37,695 nucleotides of DNA, taken from positions 1 through 37,695 of the forward strand of contig CAMGRA010000001.1 of NCBI GenBank assembly GCA_946061345.1, in the 5' to 3' direction. The position numbers were made by a program, and so were the translations under genes. The DNA is from an uncultured Clostridia bacterium. GTDB lineage: Bacteria > Bacillota > Clostridia > Oscillospirales > Oscillospiraceae. Below, in pieces: positions 29,297 to 37,695 of the stretch. A model generated the notes under the pieces. It saw only the letters and a program-made list of their open reading frames with translations, made no database searches and was not told where the DNA came from. Every line of letters starts with the position of its first letter. Position 1 is the stretch's first letter.

Positions 29297-30007
29297 ATGG
29301 AGCGGTTGGACCGTTTTCTCTCAGAAGCGGGGGTGGAATCCCGCAGAAAAATCAAAGAGGTCATCCGCTCCGGCCGTGTCACGGTCAACGGCGAGACCGT
29401 CCGTCTGCCGGATCAGAAGATCGACGAGGCGACTGCGGAGGTGACCCTGGACGGTGAAAGGATCGGCAGGGAAGAGAAAACCGTAGTCATTATGATGCAC
29501 AAGCCGGCGGGATGCGTTACGGCGGCGTCGGATGCAATGCACCGAACCGTGATGGAATACCTGCCGGAGCGTTACCGCCGCCTCATGCCCATCGGGAGAC
29601 TGGACAAGGAGACGGAGGGCCTGCTGCTGTTTACCAACGACGGCGATCTGGCCCACCGCCTGATCTCTCCCAAACGGGGCATTGAAAAATCCTACTATGC
29701 CGAGCATCCCGGAACGGCGACCCAGGAGGACGTTGCCGCCTTTGCCGAGGGCTGCGTTCTGAGGGATGGTACCAAGTGCCTGCCTGCGGTTTTGGAGCCT
29801 CTGGGCGAGGGGAAAAGCCTTGTGCGGGTCCGGGAAGGGAAGTATCACCAGGTCCGCCGGATGCTTGCCAGCCGGGACAAACCGGTCTCCTATCTGCGGC
29901 GGATCTCCGAGGGCAGTCTGGAATTGGGAGACCTGCCGGTTGGAATGACTCGTGTGCTTACAAAAGAAGAAATTGCACAATTAGAGTCTGTGGATTTTGA
30001 CGAATAA
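29297..30007 (+). CDS. RsuA-family rRNA pseudouridine synthase
   Basis: N-terminal S4 domain RLDRFLS, HKPAG, catalytic GRLDKETEGLLL, EGKYHQVRRM. Confidence 0.92.
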   Translation: MERLDRFLSEAGVESRRKIKEVIRSGRVTVNGETVRLPDQKIDEATAEVTLDGERIGREEKTVVIMMHKPAGCVTAASDAMHRTVMEYLPERYRRLMPIGRLDKETEGLLLFTNDGDLAHRLISPKRGIEKSYYAEHPGTATQEDVAAFAEGCVLRDGTKCLPAVLEPLGEGKSLVRVREGKYHQVRRMLASRDKPVSYLRRISEGSLELGDLPVGMTRVLTKEEIAQLESVDFDE

Positions 30008-30130
30008 TTTTTCAATGAAAAATAGAACGTTTTGCTCAAAAAAAGAGCGGTGCTTTGTCCATAATGACGAAAAATTGTAAAAATTTCATAAAAACCGAGC
30101 ACTGAATTGAAATAAAATGTCTAAAACCTC

Positions 30131-30159
30131 TTGCAATCTGTAGAAAAATGCGGTATGAT
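30131..30159 (+). promoter_or_regulatory. sigmaA-type promoter of the cdaR-ftsEX operon
   Basis: TTGCAA-17 nt-TATGAT preceded by an AT-rich region. Confidence 0.65.
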
Positions 30160-30217
30160 AGCAATTAGAATTTTGCCGAATATGGGCATTTTTCCGAAAG
30201 ACGAAGGAGGACGGCTT

Positions 30218-31312
30218 ATGTCAAGTCGTATTTTTCAGAGTGTGATTGAGCAGCTCGCAGAAGCTTCCAAAGTAACCATAGGCGTGATTGACGCGGAAGG
30301 CACCGTCGTTTCTTGCTCCAACACCGCACTGATGGGCGTGAAGTTCCCGGAGACGACCAACGCTATCACAGCGCTGCGGGAGGATCCCGTGTGCGTGGAC
30401 AACCGCGTATTTCTGCCCCTGAAGGGCTGGAATCCGACCTATGGCTTCGCCGTATTTGTCGAAGGCAGTGATGAACAAGCCGTTTCCTTTTGCCGGATGT
30501 CCCAGGTAACGCTGAACGTTACCAAGACCCACTACGAGGAAAAGCACGACAAAGGGACCTTTGTCAAAAACATCATCACCGACAACATTCTGCCGGGGGA
30601 CATCTATATCCGCGCCAAGGAGCTGCAGTTCCAGACGGAGCTGCCCCGGGCGGTGTTCCTGGTCCGCCAGAAGGGCCGTGCCGATGTGGCGGTGGTGGAG
30701 CTGCTGCAGTCCATGTTCGACGACCAGCAGCAGGATTTTGTCATCAGCGTCAATGAAACGGACATCGCTGTGGTCCGCCAGGTCAGCCCGGACATCACCG
30801 GCGAGGAGCTGATGCAGATCGCCAAGACCATCGAGGACCGACTGAAGACAGAGCTTTTCGCCCGCACGACCATCGGCATCGGCACCGTTTCCGAGCATCT
30901 GCGGGAGCTGGCCGATTCCTACAAGGAGGCTCAGGTGGCCATCGAGGTCGGCAAGGTCTTCGACACGGAAAAGACCATCATCAACTATAAGAATCTGGGC
31001 ATCGGCCGTCTGATCTACCAGCTGCCCACCACCCTCTGTGAGATCTTCCTCTCCGAAGTCTTCAAGAAAAACTCCATCGACTCTCTGGACCAGGAGACCC
31101 TTTTCACCATCAATATGTTCTTTGAGAACAGCCTCAATGTATCTGAGACTTCCCGCAAGCTGTTTGTACATCGCAATACGCTGGTCTACCGTCTGGAAAA
31201 GATCAAGAAGCTGACAGGTCTTGACCTGCGCGAATTCGACGACGCCATCATCTTCAAAGTCGCGCTTATGGTCAAGAAGTATCTCGCCTCCCGCGAGAAC
31301 CGAATGATGTAA
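30218..31312 (+). CDS. CdaR/PucR-family transcriptional regulator
   Basis: C-terminal HTH LNVSETSRKLFVHRNTLVYRLEKIKKLTGLDL; IGIG...SYKEA; RBS AAGGAGG before ATG 30218. Confidence 0.92.
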   Translation: MSSRIFQSVIEQLAEASKVTIGVIDAEGTVVSCSNTALMGVKFPETTNAITALREDPVCVDNRVFLPLKGWNPTYGFAVFVEGSDEQAVSFCRMSQVTLNVTKTHYEEKHDKGTFVKNIITDNILPGDIYIRAKELQFQTELPRAVFLVRQKGRADVAVVELLQSMFDDQQQDFVISVNETDIAVVRQVSPDITGEELMQIAKTIEDRLKTELFARTTIGIGTVSEHLRELADSYKEAQVAIEVGKVFDTEKTIINYKNLGIGRLIYQLPTTLCEIFLSEVFKKNSIDSLDQETLFTINMFFENSLNVSETSRKLFVHRNTLVYRLEKIKKLTGLDLREFDDAIIFKVALMVKKYLASRENRMM

Positions 31313-31328
31313 GAAACTTGGTGTAACT

Positions 31329-32015
31329 ATGATTGATTTAGTCAACGTGACAAAAACCTACGAAACCGGTACCCACGCCCTCAATGGCATTGATATGCAC
31401 ATTGATGACGGCGAGTTCGTGTTTCTGGTCGGTGCGTCCGGCTCCGGCAAGTCGACCATTATCAAGCTGCTGACGGCGGAGCTGAAGCCCACCTCCGGCT
31501 CCATCCTGGTCAACGGCTACAAGCTGGAATCCATCAAGCGCTCCTCGGTGCCCTATATGCGCCGCACTCTGGGCGTTATCTTCCAGGATTTCCGCCTCAT
31601 CGAAAACAAGACGGTCTATGAGAACGTGGCCTTTGCCATGCGCGTCATCGGTGCCTCTGCCAAGGAGATCAAAAAGCGCGTTCCCTACGTGCTGGAGCTG
31701 GTCGGCCTGGAGAACAAGGGCCGCCGCCTTCCCAACGAGCTTTCCGGCGGTGAGCAGCAGCGTGTGGCCATTGCCCGCGCCCTTATCAACAATCCGACCA
31801 TGATCATTGCCGACGAGCCTACAGGCAACCTGGACCCGGCGCGTTCCTTTGAGATCATGCTCCTGCTGGAGCAGATCAACGCCCTGGGTACCACGGTCAT
31901 GGTCGTCACCCATGAAAAGGGCCTGGTGGACCGCTTCACCAAGCGTGTGGTCGCCATCGACGAGGGCCGCGTCATCAGCGACGGAATGGACGGGTATTAT
32001 AATTATGAAGCATAA
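31329..32015 (+). CDS. ftsE: Cell division ATP-binding protein FtsE
   Basis: GASGSGKST, IFQDFRLI, LSGGEQQRVAIARA, ADEPTGNLDP; upstream of ftsX. Confidence 0.95.
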   Translation: MIDLVNVTKTYETGTHALNGIDMHIDDGEFVFLVGASGSGKSTIIKLLTAELKPTSGSILVNGYKLESIKRSSVPYMRRTLGVIFQDFRLIENKTVYENVAFAMRVIGASAKEIKKRVPYVLELVGLENKGRRLPNELSGGEQQRVAIARALINNPTMIIADEPTGNLDPARSFEIMLLLEQINALGTTVMVVTHEKGLVDRFTKRVVAIDEGRVISDGMDGYYNYEA

Positions 32016-32886
32016 TAATTTCGGTTATCTGTTGGGCGAGGGCGTCCGCGCTATGTTCAAGCACGGCTTCATGTCCTTTGCCGCTATCTGCATCACGGTG
32101 GCCTGCCTGGTCATCATCAACAGCTTTGCGCTGATTTCCTACAATCTTGACCTGACCGTCGGCGAGGTCCAGAAAGAGCTTCGCATCGTCGTGTGCATTG
32201 ACGAGAACTATACCGAGGCTGAGTCCAAGAGCGTCGGCTCCGATATCAATCTGCTGCCCAACGTTGCAAACGCCGAATTTGTTTCACGTCAGCAGGCCCT
32301 TGAGGATTTCATCGGTGACTCCGACGCGTCGTTGTTTGAGGGACTGGAGGCTGACGCCATGCGCGACCAGTTCGTCGTTACCCTGGTGGACAACGCCCAG
32401 GTAGCTGAAACCAAGGAGGCGCTGGAAAACATCAACGGCGTCAGCGACGTCTATGCCGATATTGAGGTGGGCAACGCCCTGGCAACGATCCGCACGGTGC
32501 TGTATATTGCCTCCCTGGCCATTGCCGCCGTGCTGCTGATCGTCTCCCTGATCATCATCTCCAACACCATCCGTCTTGCCATGCTGGACCGGCGGGAGGA
32601 GATCGCCATCATGAAAATGGTGGGTGCCACCAACAGCTTTATTCGTTTCCCGTTCTTTGTGGAGGGCTTCTTCCTGGGCCTGTTCGGCGCAGTGTTTTCC
32701 TTCTTCATCGAATGGGGCCTCTATGAGGTTCTGCGCAAGGCCGTTTTGAACACCGGCCTTAAGGTCATAACCATTATCCCGTTCACCGACATGCTTGTTC
32801 CCATGGCGTTGGTCTGCTGCGTTGCCGGTTTTGTCATCGGTATTTTCGGCAGCGTCATGTCCATCCGCCGTTTCCTTAAGGTGTAA
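32005..32886 (+). CDS. ftsX: Cell division permease FtsX
   Basis: IISNTIRLA...RREEIAIMKMVGATNSFIRFPFFVEG; four-TM topology; start MKHNNF at 32005. Confidence 0.93.
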   Translation: MKHNNFGYLLGEGVRAMFKHGFMSFAAICITVACLVIINSFALISYNLDLTVGEVQKELRIVVCIDENYTEAESKSVGSDINLLPNVANAEFVSRQQALEDFIGDSDASLFEGLEADAMRDQFVVTLVDNAQVAETKEALENINGVSDVYADIEVGNALATIRTVLYIASLAIAAVLLIVSLIIISNTIRLAMLDRREEIAIMKMVGATNSFIRFPFFVEGFFLGLFGAVFSFFIEWGLYEVLRKAVLNTGLKVITIIPFTDMLVPMALVCCVAGFVIGIFGSVMSIRRFLKV

Positions 32887-32919
32887 GGGAGCAGGCGTCT
32901 TTCCCCGGAAAGGAGACCT

Positions 32920-34185
32920 ATGATGTATAAGTACAGAAGAGCTATTATTTCCGTTATCGCGCTGTTACTGGTGATTTCACTTCTGGCTGGCTTTGTGGTC
33001 ATGCTGGTCAACGCCAAAAGCTCCTCCGAGATCCAGGCGGAGATCGACGAGCTGGAAAAGAAATCCGATGAGCTTGCCTCCCAGCGCGAGGACCTGGAAA
33101 ATGAGATCTCGCAGAATGAAAGCCAGACGCTTGACCTGGTGCAGCAGAAGTCCCAGGTGGACCGGGACATTGAGCTGACCCGGCAGGAGATCGAGCTGGT
33201 CAACGAGCAGATCCACCAGTACAATCTGCTGATTTCCGAAAAGCAGGCGGAGCTGGATGAACTGAAAGCCGAGCAGGACGACCTGTTTGAGCGCTATAAG
33301 CTGCGTATGCGCGCCATGCAGGAACGCGGTGAGGTAACTTTCTGGTCCGTCCTTCTGGAAGCCGACAGCTTTGCCGATATGCTTAACTGCCGCGCTATGA
33401 TCGAGGAGATCGCCAAGACCGATCAGCGTATGATGGATGAAATGCGCGATCTGGCCGCTGAGGTGATTGACGCCAAGGACGCTCTGGCCCAGGAAAAGAT
33501 CAAGCTGGAGGAGACCAAGGCACAGCTTAATGCAGCGGAAGAAGAGCTGGACGAAAAACGCGCCGAATCCGACGCACTTCTTGCAGAACTCAATGCCAAT
33601 CGTGCCGAACTGATCGAGGCCGCAAAGAAATATGAGGAAGAGGAAGCAGCCCTCAGCGACCAGATCGCGGCCCTGGAGGCGGAGCGTACAGAGGCACTGC
33701 GTCAGGAATGGTTGGCTGCCCATCCGCCTGAGACGAGCAACAACAACGGCGGCGATAACAGCGGCGAGGTCAACTATCCCAGCACCAACGAAAGCTTCCT
33801 GTTCCCGGTGGACCGCAGCGGCTTTGTAATGTATACCAGCACCTACGGCTACCGCGTTCACCCCATCACGGGTAACTACTCTATGCACAATGGTCTGGAT
33901 CTGGCCTGCTACCAGGGCACGCCCATCTACGCCAGTAAGAGCGGCACCGTTACCACTGCTACCTACAATTATGCCTACGGCTACTATGTGACCATCAACC
34001 ATTATGACGGCTTTTCCACCCTCTACGGACATATGACCAACTATGTGGTCAGTGAGGGTGACTACGTGGAGCGTGGACAGGTCATCGGTTATGTCGGTTC
34101 CACCGGCTATTCCACCGGACCCCACCTGCATTTCACCGTCTACTATAACGGCTCGACGGTCAATCCCGCCGCCTACATAGGCTAA
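32920..34185 (+). CDS. Coiled-coil M23 peptidase (EnvC/CwlO-like FtsEX partner)
   Basis: Signal or TM segment, long coiled coil, M23 motifs HNGLD, YGHM and STGPHLHF. Confidence 0.9.
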   Translation: MMYKYRRAIISVIALLLVISLLAGFVVMLVNAKSSSEIQAEIDELEKKSDELASQREDLENEISQNESQTLDLVQQKSQVDRDIELTRQEIELVNEQIHQYNLLISEKQAELDELKAEQDDLFERYKLRMRAMQERGEVTFWSVLLEADSFADMLNCRAMIEEIAKTDQRMMDEMRDLAAEVIDAKDALAQEKIKLEETKAQLNAAEEELDEKRAESDALLAELNANRAELIEAAKKYEEEEAALSDQIAALEAERTEALRQEWLAAHPPETSNNNGGDNSGEVNYPSTNESFLFPVDRSGFVMYTSTYGYRVHPITGNYSMHNGLDLACYQGTPIYASKSGTVTTATYNYAYGYYVTINHYDGFSTLYGHMTNYVVSEGDYVERGQVIGYVGSTGYSTGPHLHFTVYYNGSTVNPAAYIG

Positions 34186-34368
34186 AAATAGGAAACGACA
34201 AGAGTTTTTGTCGTTTTATAAAGCCGAATCGCCGATTTGCGCGCCGCTGCGCGGCAGCCGCAAATCATGGCTAATATAGTTAGCGCCATTTTAATGTCGC
34301 TTACTATAAAAACATTCCCAGAGTCTGCGCTTCGCAGGCTCTGGGTATATTCGCACTTGGAGTGAGTT

Positions 34369-35583
34369 ATGAAACATCTGACAAAAACTATGATCTGCCT
34401 TCTGCTTGTGACCGCTGTTGCCCTGTCTTGTGTGGGCTGCGGCCTGAATCCGGAGCTGCTGGACCGCGTAAGGGAGCAGCAGAAGGAAACAGTTCCCGCC
34501 GAAACGGAGGAAAACGCCGATTACCAGAATAAACTGGATGAAATCCTGAATATCCTCAACACCTATTACGTCGATGACTACTCCACGGAGGACCTGGGGG
34601 ATTATCTGGCAGAGGCGGCCATCGCCTCCACCGGGGACCGCTGGAGCTACTATATCAGCGCCGACGAGTATTCGGCCTATCTGGAAAGCAATGCCAACGC
34701 CTATGTGGGCATCGGCGTGACCATCCAGCTTGTGCAGGAAACCGACCCGGGCTTTACCATCGTATCAGTCACCCATGAAAGTCCTGCCGAGGAGGCCGGA
34801 CTACAGAACGGAGACATGATCGTCGGCGTGGAGGGCCAAAATGCTGCGGAGCTGGGCATGACCGGCACCCAGCAGCTGGTCCGCGGGGAAGAAGGAACGG
34901 ACGTGACCATTACCGTGGAGCGTAACGGTCAGCGCTTTGACGTGACCATTACCCGCCGTATCATCGAGGTTGACGTGGTGGTCTATGAGCTACTGGAAAG
35001 CGGCGAGGGCTATATCAAGATCAACAATTTTGACACCCACTGCGCCCGGGACACTATTGCTGCCATCGAGGACCTGCGCGGCCAGGGCCCGACGGCTTTG
35101 ATCTTTGACCTGCGCTTCAATCCCGGCGGCATGAAGGATGAGTTGGTTAAGGTGCTGGATTATCTGCTGCCGGAAGGCCCCCTGTTCCGCTCTGTGAATT
35201 ATAAGGGAGAGGAAGAGGTAGACTACTCCGACGAGGACTGCCTGGATATGCCCATGGCTGTCATCATCAACGGCGATTCCTATTCTGCGGCGGAATTCTT
35301 TGCCGCTGCCCTGCAGGAATATGAGGCCGCCGTCATCGTCGGCACCCAGACCTGCGGCAAGGCCAACTATCAGCAGACCTTCCGCCTCAGCGACGGCTCT
35401 GCCATCGCCATTTCCACGGGCCACTATCAGACGCCCAACGGCGTGACCCTGGACGGTATCGGTGTGACACCGGATATCATCGTGGAGGTGGATGAGGAAA
35501 CCTATTTCGATCTCTACTATGAAAAGGTGGAAAAGGCCGACGATGCCCAATTGCAGGCGGCCATCAGCGCTCTGCACAAATAA
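34369..35583 (+). CDS. S41 carboxyl-terminal processing protease (CtpA/CtpB-like), probable lipoprotein
   Basis: PDZ GIGV...SPAEEAGL, DLRFNPGG, catalytic Ser in SYSAAE and Lys in TCGK, GVTPD; lipobox-like CVGC. Confidence 0.92.
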   Translation: MKHLTKTMICLLLVTAVALSCVGCGLNPELLDRVREQQKETVPAETEENADYQNKLDEILNILNTYYVDDYSTEDLGDYLAEAAIASTGDRWSYYISADEYSAYLESNANAYVGIGVTIQLVQETDPGFTIVSVTHESPAEEAGLQNGDMIVGVEGQNAAELGMTGTQQLVRGEEGTDVTITVERNGQRFDVTITRRIIEVDVVVYELLESGEGYIKINNFDTHCARDTIAAIEDLRGQGPTALIFDLRFNPGGMKDELVKVLDYLLPEGPLFRSVNYKGEEEVDYSDEDCLDMPMAVIINGDSYSAAEFFAAALQEYEAAVIVGTQTCGKANYQQTFRLSDGSAIAISTGHYQTPNGVTLDGIGVTPDIIVEVDEETYFDLYYEKVEKADDAQLQAAISALHK

Positions 35584-35586
35584 TGC

Positions 35587-35616
35587 TTGACAGAAGCGGC
35601 ACCTTTCTTCTATAAT
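35587..35616 (+). promoter_or_regulatory. sigmaA-type promoter of greA-lysS
   Basis: Perfect TTGACA-18 nt-TATAAT. Confidence 0.8.
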
Positions 35617-35658
35617 CATTGCGCATAATTTTAAGTTTTAGCGTTGGAGGTTTTTGGC

Positions 35659-36138
35659 ATGGCAAAAGAATACAAACTGACCAGGGAACGCCTGAAGGCT
35701 CTGGAGGAAGAGCTGAACTACCTGAAGACCACCAGAGAGAAAGAAGTCGCGGAGCAGATCAAGGAAGCCCGTTCTTTCGGCGATCTCTCCGAGAACAGCG
35801 AGTACGATGAGGCGAAAAATGAACAGGCCAAGCTCTATGGACGGATCGCGGAGATCGAGAACATTCTGACCTACGCGGTGGTCATCGACGAGACGACGGA
35901 TGCCGAGGCAGAGGACCGCGTCGGTCTGGGCTGCACCGTCAAGGTACGCGACATCGAATTTGACGAGACCGATGTTTTCGCCATTGTCGGCTCTCAAGAG
36001 GCCAACCCCATGGAGAAGCGCATTTCCGACGATTCTCCCTTCGGCAAGGCCATGCTGGGCAGACACATCGGCGACATCGTAGAGGTCGAGGCCCCTGTCG
36101 GTGTGATCAAATTTGAGATTCTTGACGTAAACAGATAA
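35659..36138 (+). CDS. greA: Transcription elongation factor GreA
   Basis: EARSFGDLSENSEYDEAKNEQ and ISDDSPFGKAMLG; RBS GGAGG before ATG 35659. Confidence 0.97.
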   Translation: MAKEYKLTRERLKALEEELNYLKTTREKEVAEQIKEARSFGDLSENSEYDEAKNEQAKLYGRIAEIENILTYAVVIDETTDAEAEDRVGLGCTVKVRDIEFDETDVFAIVGSQEANPMEKRISDDSPFGKAMLGRHIGDIVEVEAPVGVIKFEILDVNR

Positions 36139-36178
36139 AATAATTGAAAGCTGCCTGCGGGCAGAAATGGAGAGGAAT

Positions 36179-37669
36179 ATGGCAAAGTTTGTACCCCAGG
36201 AGGAGCTGTCCCTGGTCGACCAGGTGCGGATCCGCAGAGAAAAGCTGGAGCAGCTGCGTCAGGAGGGCCGTGACCCCTTTACGCAGACGAAGTTTGATGT
36301 CACGGCCACCGCTGCCGGGATCAAGGAGCAGTTTGAGCAGATGGAGGGTTCGCCCGTCGCTGTGGCAGGCCGTCTCATGAGCAAGCGCGGCATGGGCAAG
36401 GTCATTTTCTGCGACCTGCAGGACGACACCGGGCGCATCCAGCTCTACTTGAAGTTTGACGAAATGGAGCAGGCTGCGTTTGAGGACTGCCGCAAGCTGG
36501 ACATCGGCGACATCGTCGGTGTCAACGGCGACGTTTTCCGCACCCAGCGGGGCGAGATCTCCGTCCGCGCCCACTGCGTAACGCTGCTTTCCAAGGCCCT
36601 GCTGCCGCTGCCGGATAAATTCCACGGCCTGACCAATGTGGAAACCCGCTACCGCCAGCGCTATGTGGATCTCATCGCCAATCCTGAGGTCAAGGACACC
36701 TTTGTCAAGCGCAGCATGATCCTGCGGGAGCTGCGCGCATTTCTGGATTCCAAGGGATTTTTGGAGGTGGATACCCCCATCCTGACGCCCTTTGAGATCG
36801 GCGCGTCGGCCCGTCCGTTCTTCACCCACCACAACACCCTGAACATGGACATGGTCCTGCGCATCGAGACGGAGCTTTACCTGAAGCGGCTGGTGGTCGG
36901 CGGCATGGAGCGGGTCTATGAGGTGGGCCGCATCTTCCGCAACGAGGGTATGGACCCCAAGCATAACCCCGAATTTACCACCATCGAGCTTTACCAGGCT
37001 TATACCGACTACCACGGCATGATGGATCTGGTAGAGGAAATGATGAAGACTGTCGCCCAGAAGGTCTGCGGCACCCTGCAGATCCAGTATCAGGGCAAGC
37101 AGATCGACCTGAGCCATTGGGAGCGCATGACCATGGTGGAGGCGGTCAGGAAGTATTCCGGTGTGGACTTCGATACTGTTGCCACCGACGAGGAAGCCGT
37201 CGCTCTGGCCAAGGAGCACCACGTGGCTCTGCCGGAGATTCCCACCAGGGGCGCGATCCTGGCGGAGTTCTTCGACGCCTTTGTGGAGGAACAGCTGATC
37301 CAGCCCACCTTTATCTATGACTACCCCGTGGAGAACAGCCCCCTTGCCAAGCGCAAGGCCTCTGATCCAGCCTTTACGGAGCGCTTTGAGTATTTCATCA
37401 ACGCTACGGAGTTTGGTAACGCCTTCAGCGAGCTGAACGACCCCATCGACCAGAAGGAACGCTTTGAGCGCCAGGTGGCCGAGCGCCGTATGCTGGACCC
37501 AAAGAGCAACGCCCAGGTCGATTATGACTATGTCACCGCCCTGGAATACGGCCTCCCGCCCACGGGCGGACTGGGCTTCGGCGTTGACCGTCTGGTCATG
37601 CTCCTGACCGACTCGGCCTCCATCCGCGACGTGCTGCTTTTCCCGACAATGAAGCCTATTGACAAGTAA
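36179..37669 (+). CDS. lysS: Lysine--tRNA ligase (class II)
   Basis: OB-fold AGRLMSKRGMGK, RYRQRYVDL, ELYLKRLVVGG, FRNEGMDPKHNPEFT, YGLPPTGGLGFGVDRL. Confidence 0.98.
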   Translation: MAKFVPQEELSLVDQVRIRREKLEQLRQEGRDPFTQTKFDVTATAAGIKEQFEQMEGSPVAVAGRLMSKRGMGKVIFCDLQDDTGRIQLYLKFDEMEQAAFEDCRKLDIGDIVGVNGDVFRTQRGEISVRAHCVTLLSKALLPLPDKFHGLTNVETRYRQRYVDLIANPEVKDTFVKRSMILRELRAFLDSKGFLEVDTPILTPFEIGASARPFFTHHNTLNMDMVLRIETELYLKRLVVGGMERVYEVGRIFRNEGMDPKHNPEFTTIELYQAYTDYHGMMDLVEEMMKTVAQKVCGTLQIQYQGKQIDLSHWERMTMVEAVRKYSGVDFDTVATDEEAVALAKEHHVALPEIPTRGAILAEFFDAFVEEQLIQPTFIYDYPVENSPLAKRKASDPAFTERFEYFINATEFGNAFSELNDPIDQKERFERQVAERRMLDPKSNAQVDYDYVTALEYGLPPTGGLGFGVDRLVMLLTDSASIRDVLLFPTMKPIDK

Positions 37670-37695
37670 AAGTCGAAAAAACCCAGTGTTTATGC

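Noticed and set aside
34900-34953. Repeat gacgtgaccattacc twice within the S41 gene
   Set aside because: In-frame DVTIT peptide repeat in the PDZ region; only two copies, not a CRISPR or mobile repeat.

Overview
GC-rich core chromosome of a spore-forming Clostridia-like bacterium (gene content and order suggest Oscillospiraceae/Ruminococcaceae; this is inference). About 33 genes: envelope genes (PAP2, GtrA, polysaccharide deacetylase, O-antigen-ligase-like, MurT/GatD, mreB-like), two flavoproteins, recD2-comF, a livKHMGF branched-chain amino-acid ABC operon, an acyl-CoA synthetase with a DUF1624 protein, pcrA-yunB-ligA, an FMN riboswitch with ribU, an RsuA-like gene, cdaR-ftsE-ftsX-M23-S41, greA and lysS. 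I saw no transposase, integrase, CRISPR array, rRNA or tRNA. The main finding is upstream of livK: a promoter, a strong RBS, a 68-codon leader ORF built from runs of Ser/Ala/Met/Ile/Leu/Val/Phe codons, and mutually exclusive protector, antiterminator and terminator helices. This is the layout of a ribosome-mediated transcription attenuator, in a phylum where T-boxes and CodY usually do this job. Also notable: a GatD lacking both catalytic Cys and His, sigmaE-like promoters in front of yunB and a DUF4830 gene, and a four-hairpin intergenic element. All calls come from reading motifs by eye; no searches or folding programs were run.
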